Below, piece by piece: positions 12,001-25,075 of a stretch of DNA of 64,000 bases. A model generated the notes under the pieces. The model was not told the DNA's origin. It saw nothing but the letters and a program-made list of their open reading frames with translations, and made no database searches. Position 1 is the stretch's first letter. Each line of letters starts with the position of its first letter. Origin of the DNA: Podarcis cretensis (Eukaryota). The position numbers and the translations under genes were made by a program. The stretch covers positions 30,132,001 through 30,196,000 of the forward strand of contig OX638158.1 of assembly GCA_951804945.1 (NCBI GenBank), written 5' to 3'.

Positions 12001-13067
12001 AAGGACAAAAATAAAACGGGAGTACTCCGGTCTGGAGCAGTGCTGTGTGAATGTTCTCTCTAGAATAAGGCTGGGTGGTTGTGAGTATCCTTTATGCCTG
12101 GGGAGTCCTGACTAACTATTTGGGATCAGGAAGGAATCCCGCCCCCCTCAAAAACTGCCAATATGTATATATATAGAGAGAGAGAGATCACGAAGGAGAA
12201 ACCTGTGGCCTTCCAGATTTTAAAGGACTCTTAACTCCAGTTCCTATCCACACCAACGGTTAGGGATGATCAAGGTTTTTCCAACAACTGCTGAAGGGCT
12301 GCAGGTATGTAAAATATGATATAAAACATTGCCAGTTGTTTGAAAGCAACAAAATGAGCATCTGTTACAAAGCTCAAACAATGTGGGGAGGGGGAGAGAG
12401 AGAGAGCAGAAGCAAAACAGCCACCTCAATTTAAAGAATAATTTTGGAACCCAAGAGGCTGCAAGAGAATAATGTGGTTTTCGCCCAGTGCCTCAAAAAT
12501 GCCAGAGTAGGTGGCAGGTGGGCACCAGGAAACCTGTCTTGCAAGCTACACCTACTGATATTCCGTCTTCTATGCAACTGTGAAAGAAGCAAGAGTCACT
12601 GGCCCCTGTTGAATCTGGCCACCCTACTAGCATCTAGCGTGAGCTTGAGAGTAACCAGTTCTCTATTATTTAACACTACCCACTTTATATTATTTGACTA
12701 GTAATTTGATTCTCTTTGGGCATTTTCTTAAAAATATTATTTTTATATTGTATCCCGTTGTGTAGTCTTGCCACACGCTGCAGAAAAGACCTACCTGAGC
12801 CTGTCCAGCCGAGATGGCTACAATTTTTCCAGTGAGTTGGGTGGTGGCTGTACGTGTAGGTGACAGATAAAATGCTTCAGAGAAAGAAAAGAGAATAGAA
12901 GGTAAAAGGGGGGCAGTTGAAAGAAGAGGAAAAAACTGTAGGTTGAAAGGCAAAGGTTACCCAATAGATATCATAGTTAGGAAAATTTACTAAATCCAGG
13001 GGGTGAGAAAACAGGCAAAGATCTTCAAAGATACAATCACATGTGAGAAAACTGTAAAAACAAGTGA

Positions 13068-13140
13068 GTCCTGCATTGAAGAGGGTTGGGCTAGATTACT
13101 CGTGGGGTCTCTTCCAACTCTACAATTCCTTGATTCTTTG
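13068..13140 (+). mobile_element. 3' fragment of the tRNA(Lys)-like SINE or CR1 tail
   Basis: cctgcattgaagagggttgggctagat...cttccaactctacaattc matches the 3' half of the 526-655 element. Confidence 0.65.
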
Positions 13141-14212
13141 TAATGTGTTGTTTCAGTTTTCTTAAGCGATGATACAGTAAACAACAAAACAGACCACCTC
13201 CCTCCAGGCAGGCAACAAAAATAACGATAATTCCCTGGCTGCTAATTTTTATTTTGATTCATTTAGTATAAAAACAGGAAAACAACATCATTCAAGGCAT
13301 ATAGTCAGTTGTCAATTGTTTGGCACATTCAAGTTCAGGGACTCACAGGTCAGAATTTCTAAGTCTGTAAGGTGCTTTTAAATAATAATGTTATTTATAC
13401 CCCACCCACCAGGGTATAAAAAGTTACCCCCTATAAACATAGTGCACATATTTAACATATAAGTGGAAAACTGTATTTTCTGCTTTTTATAAAGAGGGCC
13501 TAATGTTTGTATATGAATGCCTGCATAGTATAATTTTTAAAAAATCAATATCCAGGAGTAAGTAAGAATAACAATATTTTGGGAGCCCAATGAGCTGTTG
13601 CGGTTTTCACAGAAACTTTTGCCACAGACAAGTACTCTGTGGTTCCATCTCTGGCCTGCTATAAACTCTTTGATGCATGTTTATGGCTTCTGAGGAATGT
13701 AATTCTCCAACTAATGGCTTGGTCCACAGGCTAGTTATTACTCTGCTTAGGAAATTCTTTCATTAGGCCTACATTTACTAATGCTTTCTGTGCACAGAAA
13801 ATCTGGTGCTTGCTGTTTCTGAAGATAACGTGCGCTGCACCAGGACTTTGCTAACCTTTTTCTCAGCCACTTTCAAGGTTGGCCAACCCTCTGAAAGCCC
13901 CCCAAGCCAATGCTGGTCACGCCAAAAGTAACTGTGACCTCTGAGCGTGTCCTCCGGCATGCATACACAGATCACATGCAGCTACACTGCAGCAGGTTTT
14001 TCTCAAATTCAGGTGGGAAGAGTCCAGGCGAGCTAGAAAGAGGAAAGCATTGGTCAAAGTTGGCTGATATTATCTTTAGCACCATCAAGATATGCGGCAC
14101 TTCAAAGAGAAACAGAAAGATGGGTATCTTTCCCTAGAGAAGCATTTGACAGGGAGGAAGAGGCGAAATAGATTCAGGAGGGTGGTGCGTAACTTGTTTT
14201 TAGACTCTGTGG

Positions 14213-14360
14213 GGCAGGTGTGGGGAACCTTTGCCTCCCCCCCCCCCATGTTGCTATAAGACACCTCCCATCATCTCTGGCCTTTGGCTGTGCTCGCTCA
14301 GGCTGATGGGGGTTGTCACTGAGTAAAATCTGGAAGGCCAAAAGTTTGCCACCTCCACTA
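14213..14360. mobile_element. hAT-type MITE copy (family A)
   Basis: caggtgtggggaacct...ctcccatcatc...gctgatgggg...tctggaaggcca. Confidence 0.65.
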
Positions 14361-14401
14361 TTCCAATCCAAACTATTGGTTGGTCTAAACCAGTGTTGTC
14401 T

Positions 14402-14407
14402 ACACAC

Positions 14408-14440
<33 letters not shown>
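14402..14440. repeat. (CA)n microsatellite
   Basis: Direct observation. Confidence 0.95.
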
Positions 14441-14443
<3 letters not shown>

Positions 14444-16140
14444 ACTGGCAGCAGCTGTCATTGTTACCTGCAGGTTTTTATTTGGAGATGTTGGGAAATG
14501 TACCTCTTGGCCTATGAAACATGTGCTCTGGCCCCACCCCTCTCTCTGCTGAGGGAACTTTCGTGTGCTGTGGTATATATCTGAATGTCTGGGCTTGTTC
14601 AGCTGTCACACATTGTTTATTTGCATAACTGCAAATCCTGATGATGATACTTTAACTGTACATGGGCTCCCGTGCATTCATGTGATGCTATACCTGTGGT
14701 TCCCCCTCCCCAAGCCAAAGTATTGTTTAGGTTCCCATAACATAAATGAGAAAGGGAAGATGTTGCTGGAATAGGGGACAATTCAAAGGACTTGTGCTTA
14801 TCTTCTAAACCTTAGGAGCAGTGCATAATGTTGCTTCGTTTTTTTTAAAAGCTGCTGCTCTTTATCACATGAGATTTGTATTTTATTGTGTTATTGTAAA
14901 TTGCCTTGGAGGCTTTGCTGAAAGGTGGTATAGAAAACTGGCACATTGATCCTAAGTGCATTTCCTAGATAGGGTAGCCAGATGAAGGAAAAAAAGCTGA
15001 TGTGCTGAATCCTGCACCTTTAATAGTTGTGTAGAAGAAGGGATTTTGGCAGGTGTGATTTGCCATGCGTTGCCATCCCATTCTGATCTACTGGGAAGTA
15101 AATGCCATTGAACTTGATGGAGCAGGTTCTGAGTAAACGTGAGTAAATGGGTTGCAGTTTCACCTGCAATCAATGAGGCTCTGTTCCAAGGAAAACTAGG
15201 CTGTTAGCATTAGTAGGTTTTTGTTTGGGATGACTGTGACTCATGACATGTGAAAGATATCAAGTCAAAGGACCAGTTTAGAAGCAGCCTCTCTATCTTG
15301 AGTTCAAACTTGAGCTGTCAGATATAAAGGACAGGACTAGACAGGAATACACGACTATTAAAGGTGCAGGAACCCACTACTATCCTCCTCCTCCTCCTCA
15401 TTATTATTATTATTATTTAGATTCATATACCACCCTTCATCACAAGATCTCAGAGCTGTCAGTGACCTGATTCAGCTGTCCAGAGTCAGGCTTTCTGGGT
15501 GGGTTTGCAAGCTGGTTATTGCTGTCTTGTCTGAAGTTATAGGAGGCAGCTATTTGACTGAAGCCAAGTCGGTCCGGATCTGATCAGTGCCTGGTTGAGT
15601 GACTTCCTGTGAATCACTTGTGTGCTGCCTTAGACTCCATGATATAAGAAAAGTGGAGTGTAAATATAAGAAAGTAAAAAATAAATGAGTGGCTAGTACC
15701 CTATGATGGCTGCAAAAATCTGCATAGACAAAGGTAAAAAACTATAAATTCATGTGTCCAAATAATAAAAAGGTGAACAGGTCACCTAAAGCAAGACGGA
15801 TAGCTGAGCCAGCATTTAAATTGCTGGTCTGCAAATTTGAGTTGTGAAGCCAGGGTGTAGCCGGGCTCCCTCTGAGCCTGAGGGCCTTGCTGCGATCTTC
15901 ATTCACCCTAGTGAGTCTTTATCATTTTCATTTTACTCTGTCCTGTCTCACATTAATTTTAAATTGACATTGAATTAAGCGGACTAAATTGTGTTTCATA
16001 TGAAAAGGGGAGAAGCGTAGAAGGGTGGGAAAACTAATCTTTAAATACCACTCGGGTTCAGAGTTTCCTTTCTCTTCTCTTCTCTTCTGCCTGCCACAGA
16101 TAATACGCTAGTATGTGTCAGCCCTTCTCTAATATGTAGA

Positions 16141-16272
16141 CGGGAAACCTGTGTGGTCTTTCAGATGTTTTTGGACATCCCTGCCCATCATCCCCTGCAA
16201 GCATGGCCAATGGCCAGGCATTATGGATGAAGAAGTCTAAAAAATATGAAGGACTACAGGTTAGCCACCCCT
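16141..16272. mobile_element. hAT-type MITE copy (family A)
   Basis: gggaaacctgtg...cagatgtttttggac...cccatcatcccc...catggccaatggcc...ggactacaggttagccacccc. Confidence 0.65.
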
Positions 16273-16722
16273 ATAGGCATGAGACTGTTGCAACACTGGA
16301 TTCCATCCTAATGGAAAGCGAAAGTTCAGATCGACATAGAGACAGAGATCTTAGTTGCTATCGTTAAAGCTGAGCTGGCTTCTTTCAGAGAATAGAAATC
16401 AAGCAAATAATTAACTCTTTCTTATAGATTTTTTCATACCACATCACAATATCCTCAAATCGCTATGTCCATTTTTTGATTTAGATATAAATTTGGTTCA
16501 TGGACCATAAAATGTATGGTCTTTTGATCCATAGGTCATAAATTTATATAGCAGCCCCTGTTGACTTGGGGCAATCTTGCAATAGTACCCAGGGAGACCT
16601 AGTAACCCTCATCTCCTAAATTCAGAATTATCAGAATCCTATCAGATACCTGGTTCTCTCTGACCTAAAATCAGCTTTAGGTCGTATTGAACTAAGGTTA
16701 TGTTGGCAACAAGTCAACAGTG

Positions 16723-16848
16723 GAATCATAGAATTGTAGAGCTGGGAGGCACCACAAGTGTAATCTAGTGCAGGAATCTCTTTGCCCAATGTGAGACTTG
16801 AACCCATAACCCTGAAATGAAAAGTCTCATGCTGTAATGACTGAGCCA
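16723..16848 (-). mobile_element. tRNA(Lys)-like SINE copy
   Basis: Reverse complement of the 526-655 element (catagaattgtagag...cttgaaccc...gtctcatgct...actgagcca). Confidence 0.75.
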
Positions 16849-16870
16849 ACCCTCAGACTATTTTTATTTA

Positions 16871-17112
16871 CAGTGGTACCTCGGGTTACATACGCTTCAG
16901 GTTACATACACTTCAGGTTACAGATTCCGCTCATCCAGAAATAGTGCTTCAGGTTAAGAACTTTGCTTCAGGATGAGAACAGAAATTGTGCTCCGGCCGC
17001 ACGGTAGCAGCAGGAGACCCCATTAGCTAAAGTGGTGCTTCAGGTTAAGAACAGTTTCAGGTTAAGAACGGACCTCCGGAACGAATTAAGTACTTAACCC
17101 GAGGTACCACTG
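16871..17112. mobile_element. Tc1/pogo(Tigger)-type MITE, GGTTAAGAAC variant
   Basis: TA target site on both sides. TIRs cagtggtacctcgggtta ... taacccgaggtaccactg. Repeated cttcaggtta. Followed by a minus-strand L2-like 3' tail (to ~17380). Confidence 0.92.
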
Positions 17113-17779
17113 TACTTTGATTTCTCACCTACCCTTTATCAGAAGGTCCCAAGGCAGGTTGCAGAAATAAAACATACAATTACAAAACGAAACAGTTGCA
17201 AGCAGAAAAGTTTAAAAACAGTTCCATACATCAAACCATTACACGTAAAAAGACAGTTAAATATAGTTCCAATACAGATGCAGACTAGGATAAAAAAGCC
17301 ACTTGAAAGGCTTGTTTAAAGTTGAAGGTGTTCCGTAGGCACCAGAAAGACAGAGATGGTGCCTGGCTAATGCCCTTTGGAATTATGTTCCATTACATAT
17401 CATATTCTATAATATAGGTTGATTCCAAACAGATCCACATTAGCACTTGATCACATTAATCCATTTGCATCCTCCCTTTTCTCCCACCTCCTTTGTCAAC
17501 ATTTAGATTGGAAGCAGGATCCTGTCTCATTGCACACACTACTTATGAAAGAGCCATGTACACTGAGTCTGCTCACAAATAACAGATAATTGACATGGGT
17601 CCCTTTTCTACCACACTGATTTCATGCAGTGTTGATCTGAGTGAATCCAAGCTTTGGAAAACAGTTTGCAATGTTTGGGCCTCCCTTTGGCATAGTTTCT
17701 GACATGGGTAGTTCTTGAAAGTTGATGGACGTTGATTTGGAGAACACAGTGGGAAAGCCATTCTGGGTATATAAGGCAG

Positions 17780-17905
17780 CACTGGCAAATCCACCTCCCT
17801 GCAGATGTTGTTGTACCCCCAATTCCCATCAGCCCCCGCCAGCACAGCCAGTGGTCAGGGATTATGGGAGTTGTAGTCTAGCAACATCGGTTATGAAGGG
17901 GTTTC
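17780..17905. mobile_element. hAT-type MITE copy (family A)
   Basis: cagatgttgttg...aattcccatcagcccc...gggattatgggagttgtagtctagcaacatc. Confidence 0.7.
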
Positions 17906-18552
17906 AATAAGTTGCTGCTTGGTGGGGAAAGTGGTAATGTAAACCTTCTGTTTCTTGTTGGCTTAGAAAGCACAACTTGGTGTCCTACGAGGAACTATCT
18001 TGAGCATTTGATACTATTATGCCGGAGTTCAACTGTCTGCAGATGCAATTTATGCATATGCAATTATAAGCCGCCTCTGCTTTCAAAATAGCATACACAG
18101 CATTGAGAAGTATCGGCTAGTTTTGAAGTAGCAACTCTCTAGTGAGGTGAGTAAGCTTCATTAGAAGTTGGATGCCAGGACTACGACAGCGCACATCTTG
18201 GAATGCTTCACTTAACTTATTGCCATAATAATGATTTGTGCCAGCAGGCAAAATATAAGGACTATCTCCTGCCTTAACTCCTCTAGGTGATGAGTTGGCA
18301 ACTCCCAAGTTTGAAAGGCTTTGAAGCTTACGCTGCAGAGTTTACATAGAGACGGTGGTGGGCTCAGTGAAGCTGATGCAAAATGGGATGAGAGTTTTTA
18401 TTTTGATCTCTGCCGCCACCCACTGAGTTGTCTGGAGCCCCTATGCCAGTTATTGAAGGTGTTTGAGTTGTGGTTTGAGGAGGATTGGTTGCTTATCAGT
18501 ATTGTGGCTGGTTGGTATTGCACACTAGGGGGCCAAGTGGAAAAAGAGGACT

Positions 18553-18741
18553 GGGGAGAGCCAAAGCTCTGTGGTAGATCAACTGCTTTGCATACAAAAG
18601 GTCCCAGGTCATCCACGGTGACGCCAGGTATGGCTGGGGAATACTCCATTTCTGAAAACGTGGCGAGCTGCTGTCAATCATTGTGTGGGCGCTAGAAGGG
18701 CCAGTCATCTGATTCAGCATAAGGCAGCTTCCTTTGTTCCT
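18553..18741 (+). mobile_element. tRNA-derived SINE (Squam2-like, name tentative)
   Basis: Head gccaaagctctgtggtaga...ctgctttgcatacaaaaggtcccagg and tail ataaggcagcttcctttgttcct. Related copies lie at ~36265-36400 and ~45615-45770. Confidence 0.7.
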
Positions 18742-20439
18742 AACAGGGCTCTGTCCTCTTTTGCATCTGGCCACCATGCTGCGTCCATTTCTACTGTCTT
18801 GACTTCTAACCCATGTTCCTGCTGAATCATATTATGCATTTGTGCTGCTATTCCTTAGTCACCCGGAGATGATGTCATTTCTGTGAGTCCCCGTGCAGTT
18901 CGATCCTGTGCACGATTCCTCAATTGCATGGTGCTCAGTAGGGCTTATTCCCCAATAAATGGGTTTAGGATTGTAGCCTTGGGATTCTAGGCTGTGCACA
19001 CACCATACATTTAGAGCACATTAAGGAATGTGCTTTAAATGTTTGCTGTGTACACAGCCCATCTCAAAGTAGACCCATTATGATCGGTGACGCTAAGTTA
19101 ATAATGTCCATTATTTTTAATGGGTCTACTCAAATGTCAAATGCAGCACTTTGGGTTGTGCTGTTCTTCTCCACCTTGTCTGCATCTCGCTTTTGCTTTC
19201 AAGTTCAATTAACATGCTCTTCAGGGACAGAGAAAAGTACACAGAAATATGCAAATGCCCTGTTGCGAACCATCTCTCAAGCTGCGTTGAGGCCAGCAGT
19301 CCCAATGAATTCTATGGAGCTAACTTGGGTTTCAGTCACAGTGCTTCATTGCACAGAGGGTTGCTGATGCAGTATACTAAATTGGCGTTAAGGTAAACAG
19401 ATGTTTATCTTTCAGAGTAATCCCTTTTCTCTCTTAGCTGTTTGCAGCCTCCTTCCTCAAACATAAGAAGAGTGGAAAGAAGCTGCCCTCCAAAAGAGGG
19501 CAGGAGAATGATCACAAGCCCATAGACCTATTTAAATATCCTAACACAGGGTTGCCATATTTCAAGAGGTAAAAATCTGGACACAAAACGTTGAGTTTTT
19601 TTAGGGCAACAAACCGTTCAGGCAGTTGTGCGCTTCTAAGCCTTTCCAATAAATGGCTTTATTAATTGTTATTCTGTTTACTAGTTAGTTGTATGCAGTC
19701 TACCCATCTGTTCTTTATGTCCCAGCGAGGTGAGGAGAGCAGTACTTCCCCCTAGTACTCCTCCGCCTTCCACCTACTTTGCTTGCTTCATGGAATGTGG
19801 TTACACAAGTGTCATGGAGACTTGTTGGACATTCCCTATGATGCAATTAGTGATGTCTGGCACAAATCACTGCCCCCCTCTCCGTCACACACACAGTGGC
19901 CTGCAGCACTCTGTGAACTTCCTTAAAGATAAATTCTCTCAAGTTCATGAAAGGGTGAGACAGTATATATGGGGTGGGGATAGCTGCACTTCTGTTAAAT
20001 GAGAGGGAAAATGCAGGTTTAAACAGCTGCAAAGGTTTGAGTAAAGCAGGCAGTGTTAGAAATGCAGATCTATAAGCTTGGTGCCAAATAGCTCCTTAAA
20101 CCAAGGTATCAGTTGCCAAAACGGAATAGCTGTTTGCCATTTTTGGGCAAGATGGCTCTAAAGTCTTATTTTTCAAATGATGGACTGACTGTGATTGATT
20201 CTTAGTTAAACATCTGGCTAGTTCAGATGACAACCTTGAGCTAGGTTAAGAGCTTTGAGAAGTTTAGGAAAAGTTGTTCGATCCAAGGACAGTCCCATAT
20301 ATATTGGCCTATTATGACCTCCTCTTAATGGTGATTGTTCCTGCTCTAATCAGGCTGCAGAGAAAAAGCAATTTGGTTCCAGAAATTCATTCCAATTGTG
20401 TGGATAAAATTTAATTGATAGCATTCTACAGTCCAGATC

Positions 20440-20705
20440 CAATGATTCCCAGGCATGCACCTCCAGATGACTGCAAAACAGAGTGATGATCAGTTGAGAA
20501 TGTAAGGGGTAGACAGTCTTTTAGGTATCCTAGTTCCCAGCTTCAAGCTGAATAGGGCTTTGTATATCAGTGCCAGCACCTTGCACCTACTTTGGTGGCT
20601 AATTGAGAGCTAGTGCAATTCTTTCAGCAGTGATGTAACATGATGTTGATATTCCACCCCAGTGAGCTGTTAAGCCACCATACTTTGTACTAGCTGCAAC
20701 TTTAA
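20440..20705 (-). mobile_element. Old L2 LINE fragment
   Basis: Matches remembered squamate L2 3'-ORF motifs (aggtatcctagttccc...gggctttg...ccagcaccttg...tagtgca...tgtactagctgcaac). Confidence 0.5.
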
Positions 20706-21699
20706 GCAACATTATAATCCGCACATTGAACTACATTATAAAGATATCTGAGCATGGTGTTTCCTTTTCCACCCTTCCCTCTCTTTTGTGCTGGAGCACA
20801 CATTTATTTACACTTTAAAATTGGGGTGGGAAGGTTGCAGTGAGGGTATCCCAGCCCCTCCAAGAAGCTTCCTCTGCTGCAAGGCTTCTTCTCATCCTTA
20901 CCCACTTGGATGCAATGTGGTGCTACTATAATACAGGAGTATTTCACAGAGGTTGAAATGTGGTTGTGGTCGGCATTCCCTAGTTGTACAGAAAGGCCCT
21001 GACTCTTTCTAGTATTATAGAACTATTTTTTAAAAAAATTAAAAACCTTAGCATCTGTGTAGCGCTTCAGTGTATGGAACATGCACTAATTTTCACGAAA
21101 ACTCTAGGGTAGATCAGTGTCGTCATCCCCATACTGCAGATTGAGGTGGGGAACATGCTGACAGCGCAAATTTTACAAATGTACATGGAAGCAAATTCCA
21201 CTGTGTCCACGTGCATTGAGAATTTCAGCTTGAAAGATATTGCCTTACCTATGGCCACCTAGAGAGTTCAGGGGAGAGGATCAAGCAAAGGCTGGTGTCA
21301 GGGTCCGCACTGATGGGGGGCTCCCAAGATCCACTCCCCACCCCATTGTGTGTTGTCTTTCCCTCCCCCTCAGCAACCACTCTTTTTCTGACAAGTGAGC
21401 AGATTGTGACAGTGGCAGGGGAGAACAGGTGGTCCCACTGGTGGATAAAGGCCCATGGAGGATGTTTTGCCCAAGCTGCCCAAAATCTGGACACAGCACT
21501 GATTGTGAACAGAGGACTTCCTCATTCAGAGTTTGATTTCAACACTTCACTAGCCAGCCACCCCTTGCTTCAGCTCTCGTTTCCAGTCTCCTTTCTTCCT
21601 TCTTTTCTTCCCAGTGTGTGGGGTGGGGAGGATGAACACATGATTCATTTTGTGTCCTCTGTTCCCTGTTGATTCTGGAAGTATACCTTGGCTGCACCT

Positions 21700-21875
21700 G
21701 ACGTGCGCTGGAGCACCTGGCTTTCCTGTGCCCAAGGCGTCTCCAATGTGATACCTTCCAAATATTGCTGGATTCCCAACTCCCATATTTCCTGGCCATT
21801 GGCTGTGCTGATGGGCATCAACGTCCAAAACATCATGGGTGGAGGCGGCACACGCCAGATTGGGAAAGGTTGGTT
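21700..21875. mobile_element. hAT-type MITE copy (family A)
   Basis: ccttccaaatattgctggattcccaactcccat...ggccattggctgtgctgatggg...gtccaaaacatc. Confidence 0.6.
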
Positions 21876-23385
21876 TCCGTGCCATTTCCTCTGGCACTTA
21901 CAGTGCTCCCATACCTCTTGAGTATAAGCCCAGAATAAAAGCCAGGGACGCTCTCTCTGTATTGCAGTCCTTTGAGTGTTTTGTGCTGCTTCCACTTCCA
22001 GAACATCTTGACTCCTCTGCTGTCATTGGCTGGGGAATCTCATCCGTCTCCCATCTGCGCAAACCCTGACACACCACATCTTCTCCTGTTTTCCTTTACC
22101 TGTCCTGGTTTACCTTGTGGCTTGTCCGTCAGCCCTGCTTTGTGAAGGGGGGGGGAGGCAGGGGGGTGGCTTGCATGCCTAGCTACTTTGCAGCAGTCTG
22201 CTTCAACCTTCGGTACTGGTGGACTGCACAGTGGAGAGGGCAACACGGATGGCCTTAGCAACCTGTTTCTGCTGATTCACAGTGAGCCGGCTTTTCTCCC
22301 TCCCACGTTCCTGCTGTCTCTGACCTATCTGTCCTCCTCAAATGACTCTCCCTCCCTCTCTCCCTCTCTCTCTCTCTTATTTATTTAGATGGATAGCCAA
22401 GCCCATCGGAAGGGCTTGGGGCAGATAATGATTAAAAAAAAGAATCAGGTTGGCTAAAGAAGAAGAAAATACCATTCCTCTTCTGTCTTAATTAACTGTG
22501 CAAGTTGAGCCCAAAGAGGACTTTTAACGCTTCTGCAAGATTCTTCATCTAGAGGGGTTGTAGGAGTTAAGGTCCTGTGGCATAGCCACCAAAAAACCTC
22601 CTCTCTGTGTGCAAAGATGGTATTGTTGTTAAAAGTGTGTCCTTAGTTTCAGATGGGATGGGATGTTGGGGAGGAGATTGACTGTATGCTTCTTTGGGGC
22701 TTGTTCATAATTCTAAGGCTACATTCACAGACAAATGTTGGTTTGTTTCCTTTTAAAACCACTGTGTTAGCAGTACCCAAGTGGGGTGCAATCCTGGGCA
22801 GTCTGTGTGGAGGTCCTAAATGGTGGGTTTATGTATTTATTCGCTTACACCCCATTTATGCACCAGCCAAGATGAGGTTTAAAATTGAATTCGCCCACAA
22901 ATGGGTAATAGAAATATTAGAAGTAACTTTACATGCAGATGGGCGTTCTCAAACTTTGTCGTAGTGACATTCCCTGTTTCAGGGTAAGAAAGGTCCTGGA
23001 TGAGGCAAATAGAAGGCTGAGCTTTCATTATTAACTCTTGCTGAGCTTTCAGTTTACCCCTTGCCTTTACCAAAGCAGCAAGATGTTCAGAGGGGATACA
23101 TTACATGCATTTAAGTAGCGGAGGGGGAAAGCTTTGCAAAAATGGGATGGTTCATCCCCAGCATTGACAATCAACACAGTGATTGACACACATTTCCATG
23201 TGTTCATTGAAATGGGTGGAGGCAAATTTAGGAATAAGTGGTGTAATTTAAATAGAAATTTTAAAAAATGCACTAGTGGGGAAGACTGTTACTGAGACGA
23301 CCTGTGTGCCTTCTCAGTCTACAGTCCAGGTGCTGCCAACTGTTGAGGGGCAACTTTCAAGGTCCTTGCTCTGTTTCTCTCCTTT

Positions 23386-23521
23386 TCATAGCTTCATAGA
23401 GCTGGAAGGGACCACAGGGGTCATCTAGTCCAACCCCCTGCAAGAATGAATCTTTTGCCCCATGGGGCTTGAGCCTATGGCCCTGAGATTAAGAGTCTCG
23501 CGCTCTACTGATGGAGCTATC
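23386..23521 (-). mobile_element. tRNA(Lys)-like SINE copy
   Basis: catagagctggaagggacc...atctagtccaacccc...ccctgagattaagagtctcgcgctctactga...gagctatc. Confidence 0.8.
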
Positions 23522-24328
23522 TAGTGTTCTTTATCGTTTAAACTGCACTTGGGCCAGGCAGCCTTTGAAAGAAAGCACTGTCCTCTCTAAAGTAGGGCAC
23601 ATGGCCACCCTGATCACTTTTTTTTGTGGGAGGGAAACCCTGGGGTGCCTTGCTAACTATTTCTGTGGCCTGCTTGCCAGTTAATATTGCTCAGTCCGGA
23701 GCAGTGAATCCAGAGAATTAAAGAAAATGCACCTAAGCTATAGATTGCCTCCTGAGAGAGGTCCACTTAGCTTAGTGGCACTTGGCCTTCTGTGGAGTGG
23801 CAAAAAGTTGATTTATTTTGGCAGGGCTGTGCTTAAAGTGGGAGTGGGGTTTTCCTGTCTGTCCTTTCTTGTTCATTTTATAGAGCGAGGCCCCGATGGG
23901 TCCAGGAAAGGAAGAATCCAAACAAACTGCCAAATATAAAGGCCTGCTACATTGGTGTAGCCAAGGGGGGGCAACTGCCCCCTAAATAAAAATAGGTACC
24001 AAACTGACGTTCGGCCCGCCCCCCAACAAAATTCCTGGCTACACTCATGGCTGCTGGGCTGTTGTTAGTGGGGTGGGTTTCATTCAATTTTTTTCAGGTT
24101 CCCCTCCTCCACTTCAGTTTTCTTCCTCCCAGGGAAAATAAATATCCCAGCTCCATAGCTGACATACATTTCAGCCCCCATTTCAGGGTGTGTTGGTGGA
24201 ATGAGAGGGCTTTGGATGCAGCAGAACTCCTTCTCCATTGGTGGAGAGGAAAACCTGGTTTTCCTTTTAGCCTGTGGGACACTCTTCTCAGAACAACAGG
24301 ATTGCGTCCTGATTTTCTGTTGTTGGTA

Positions 24329-24543
24329 CAGTGGTACCTCAGGTTACAGATGCTTCAGGTTACAGACTCCACTAACCCAGAAAGTGTACCTCGGGTTAAG
24401 AACTTTGCTTCAAGATGAGAACAAAAATTGCGCGGCGGCAGCAGGAGGCCCCATTAGCTAAAGTGTTGCCTTAGGTTAAGAACAGTTTCAGGTTAAGAAC
24501 GGACCTCCAGAACAAATTAAGTTCTTAACTCGAGGTACCACTG
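24329..24543. mobile_element. Tc1/pogo(Tigger)-type MITE, GGTTAAGAAC variant
   Basis: TA-flanked, TIRs cagtggtacctcaggtta ... taactcgaggtaccactg; nearly identical to 16871-17112. Confidence 0.92.
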
Positions 24544-24664
24544 TACTCTTTTATTTTTGCTGTGAACAGCTTTGAGAGACCCTGGGCTGGAAGGCATGGT
24601 AAAGATGCCTTTTGATTTCTCTTACAGCTGTACTCCCAGTGGAACTACTTCAACACAAAGATAT

Positions 24665-25075
24665 AATCATAGATAAATGGAATTGTAGAGTTGAAAGGGA
24701 CTCTAGTCCAGGGTTTCCCAAACTTGGGTCTCCTGTTGTTGGACTACAACTCTCATCATCCCTAGCCAGCAGGACCAGTGCTCAGGGATGATGGGAATTG
24801 TAGTCCAAAAACACCCGGAAACCCTGATCTAGTCCAGCCTCTTACAGTACCGGAATCTCAGCTATAGCATCCATGACAGAAAGCCACCCAACCTCTCCTT
24901 AAAGACCTCCAATGAAGGAGAGTCCACCACCTTCTGAGGGAATCCGTTCCAGGGTTGAACAGCTCTTACCATCAGAAAGTTCTTTCTGATGTTTACTTGG
25001 AATCTCCTTCCTTGTAACTTGAATTCATTGGTTTGGGTCCTACACTCTGGAGCAGGAGAAAACAAGCTTGCTGCA
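24665..25075 (-). mobile_element. CR1 LINE 3' end, interrupted by a MITE
   Basis: The minus-strand ORF ...FKLQGRRFQVNIRKNFLMVRAVQPWN...SPSLEVFKERL is the typical CR1 ORF2 C-terminus. The 3'UTR continues across the insertion. Confidence 0.88.
24709..24826. mobile_element. hAT(Charlie-like) MITE (family A) with 8-bp TSD
   Basis: TIRs cagggtttcc ... ggaaaccctg; flanks ctctagtc (24701-24708) and atctagtc (24827-24834). Confidence 0.9.
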
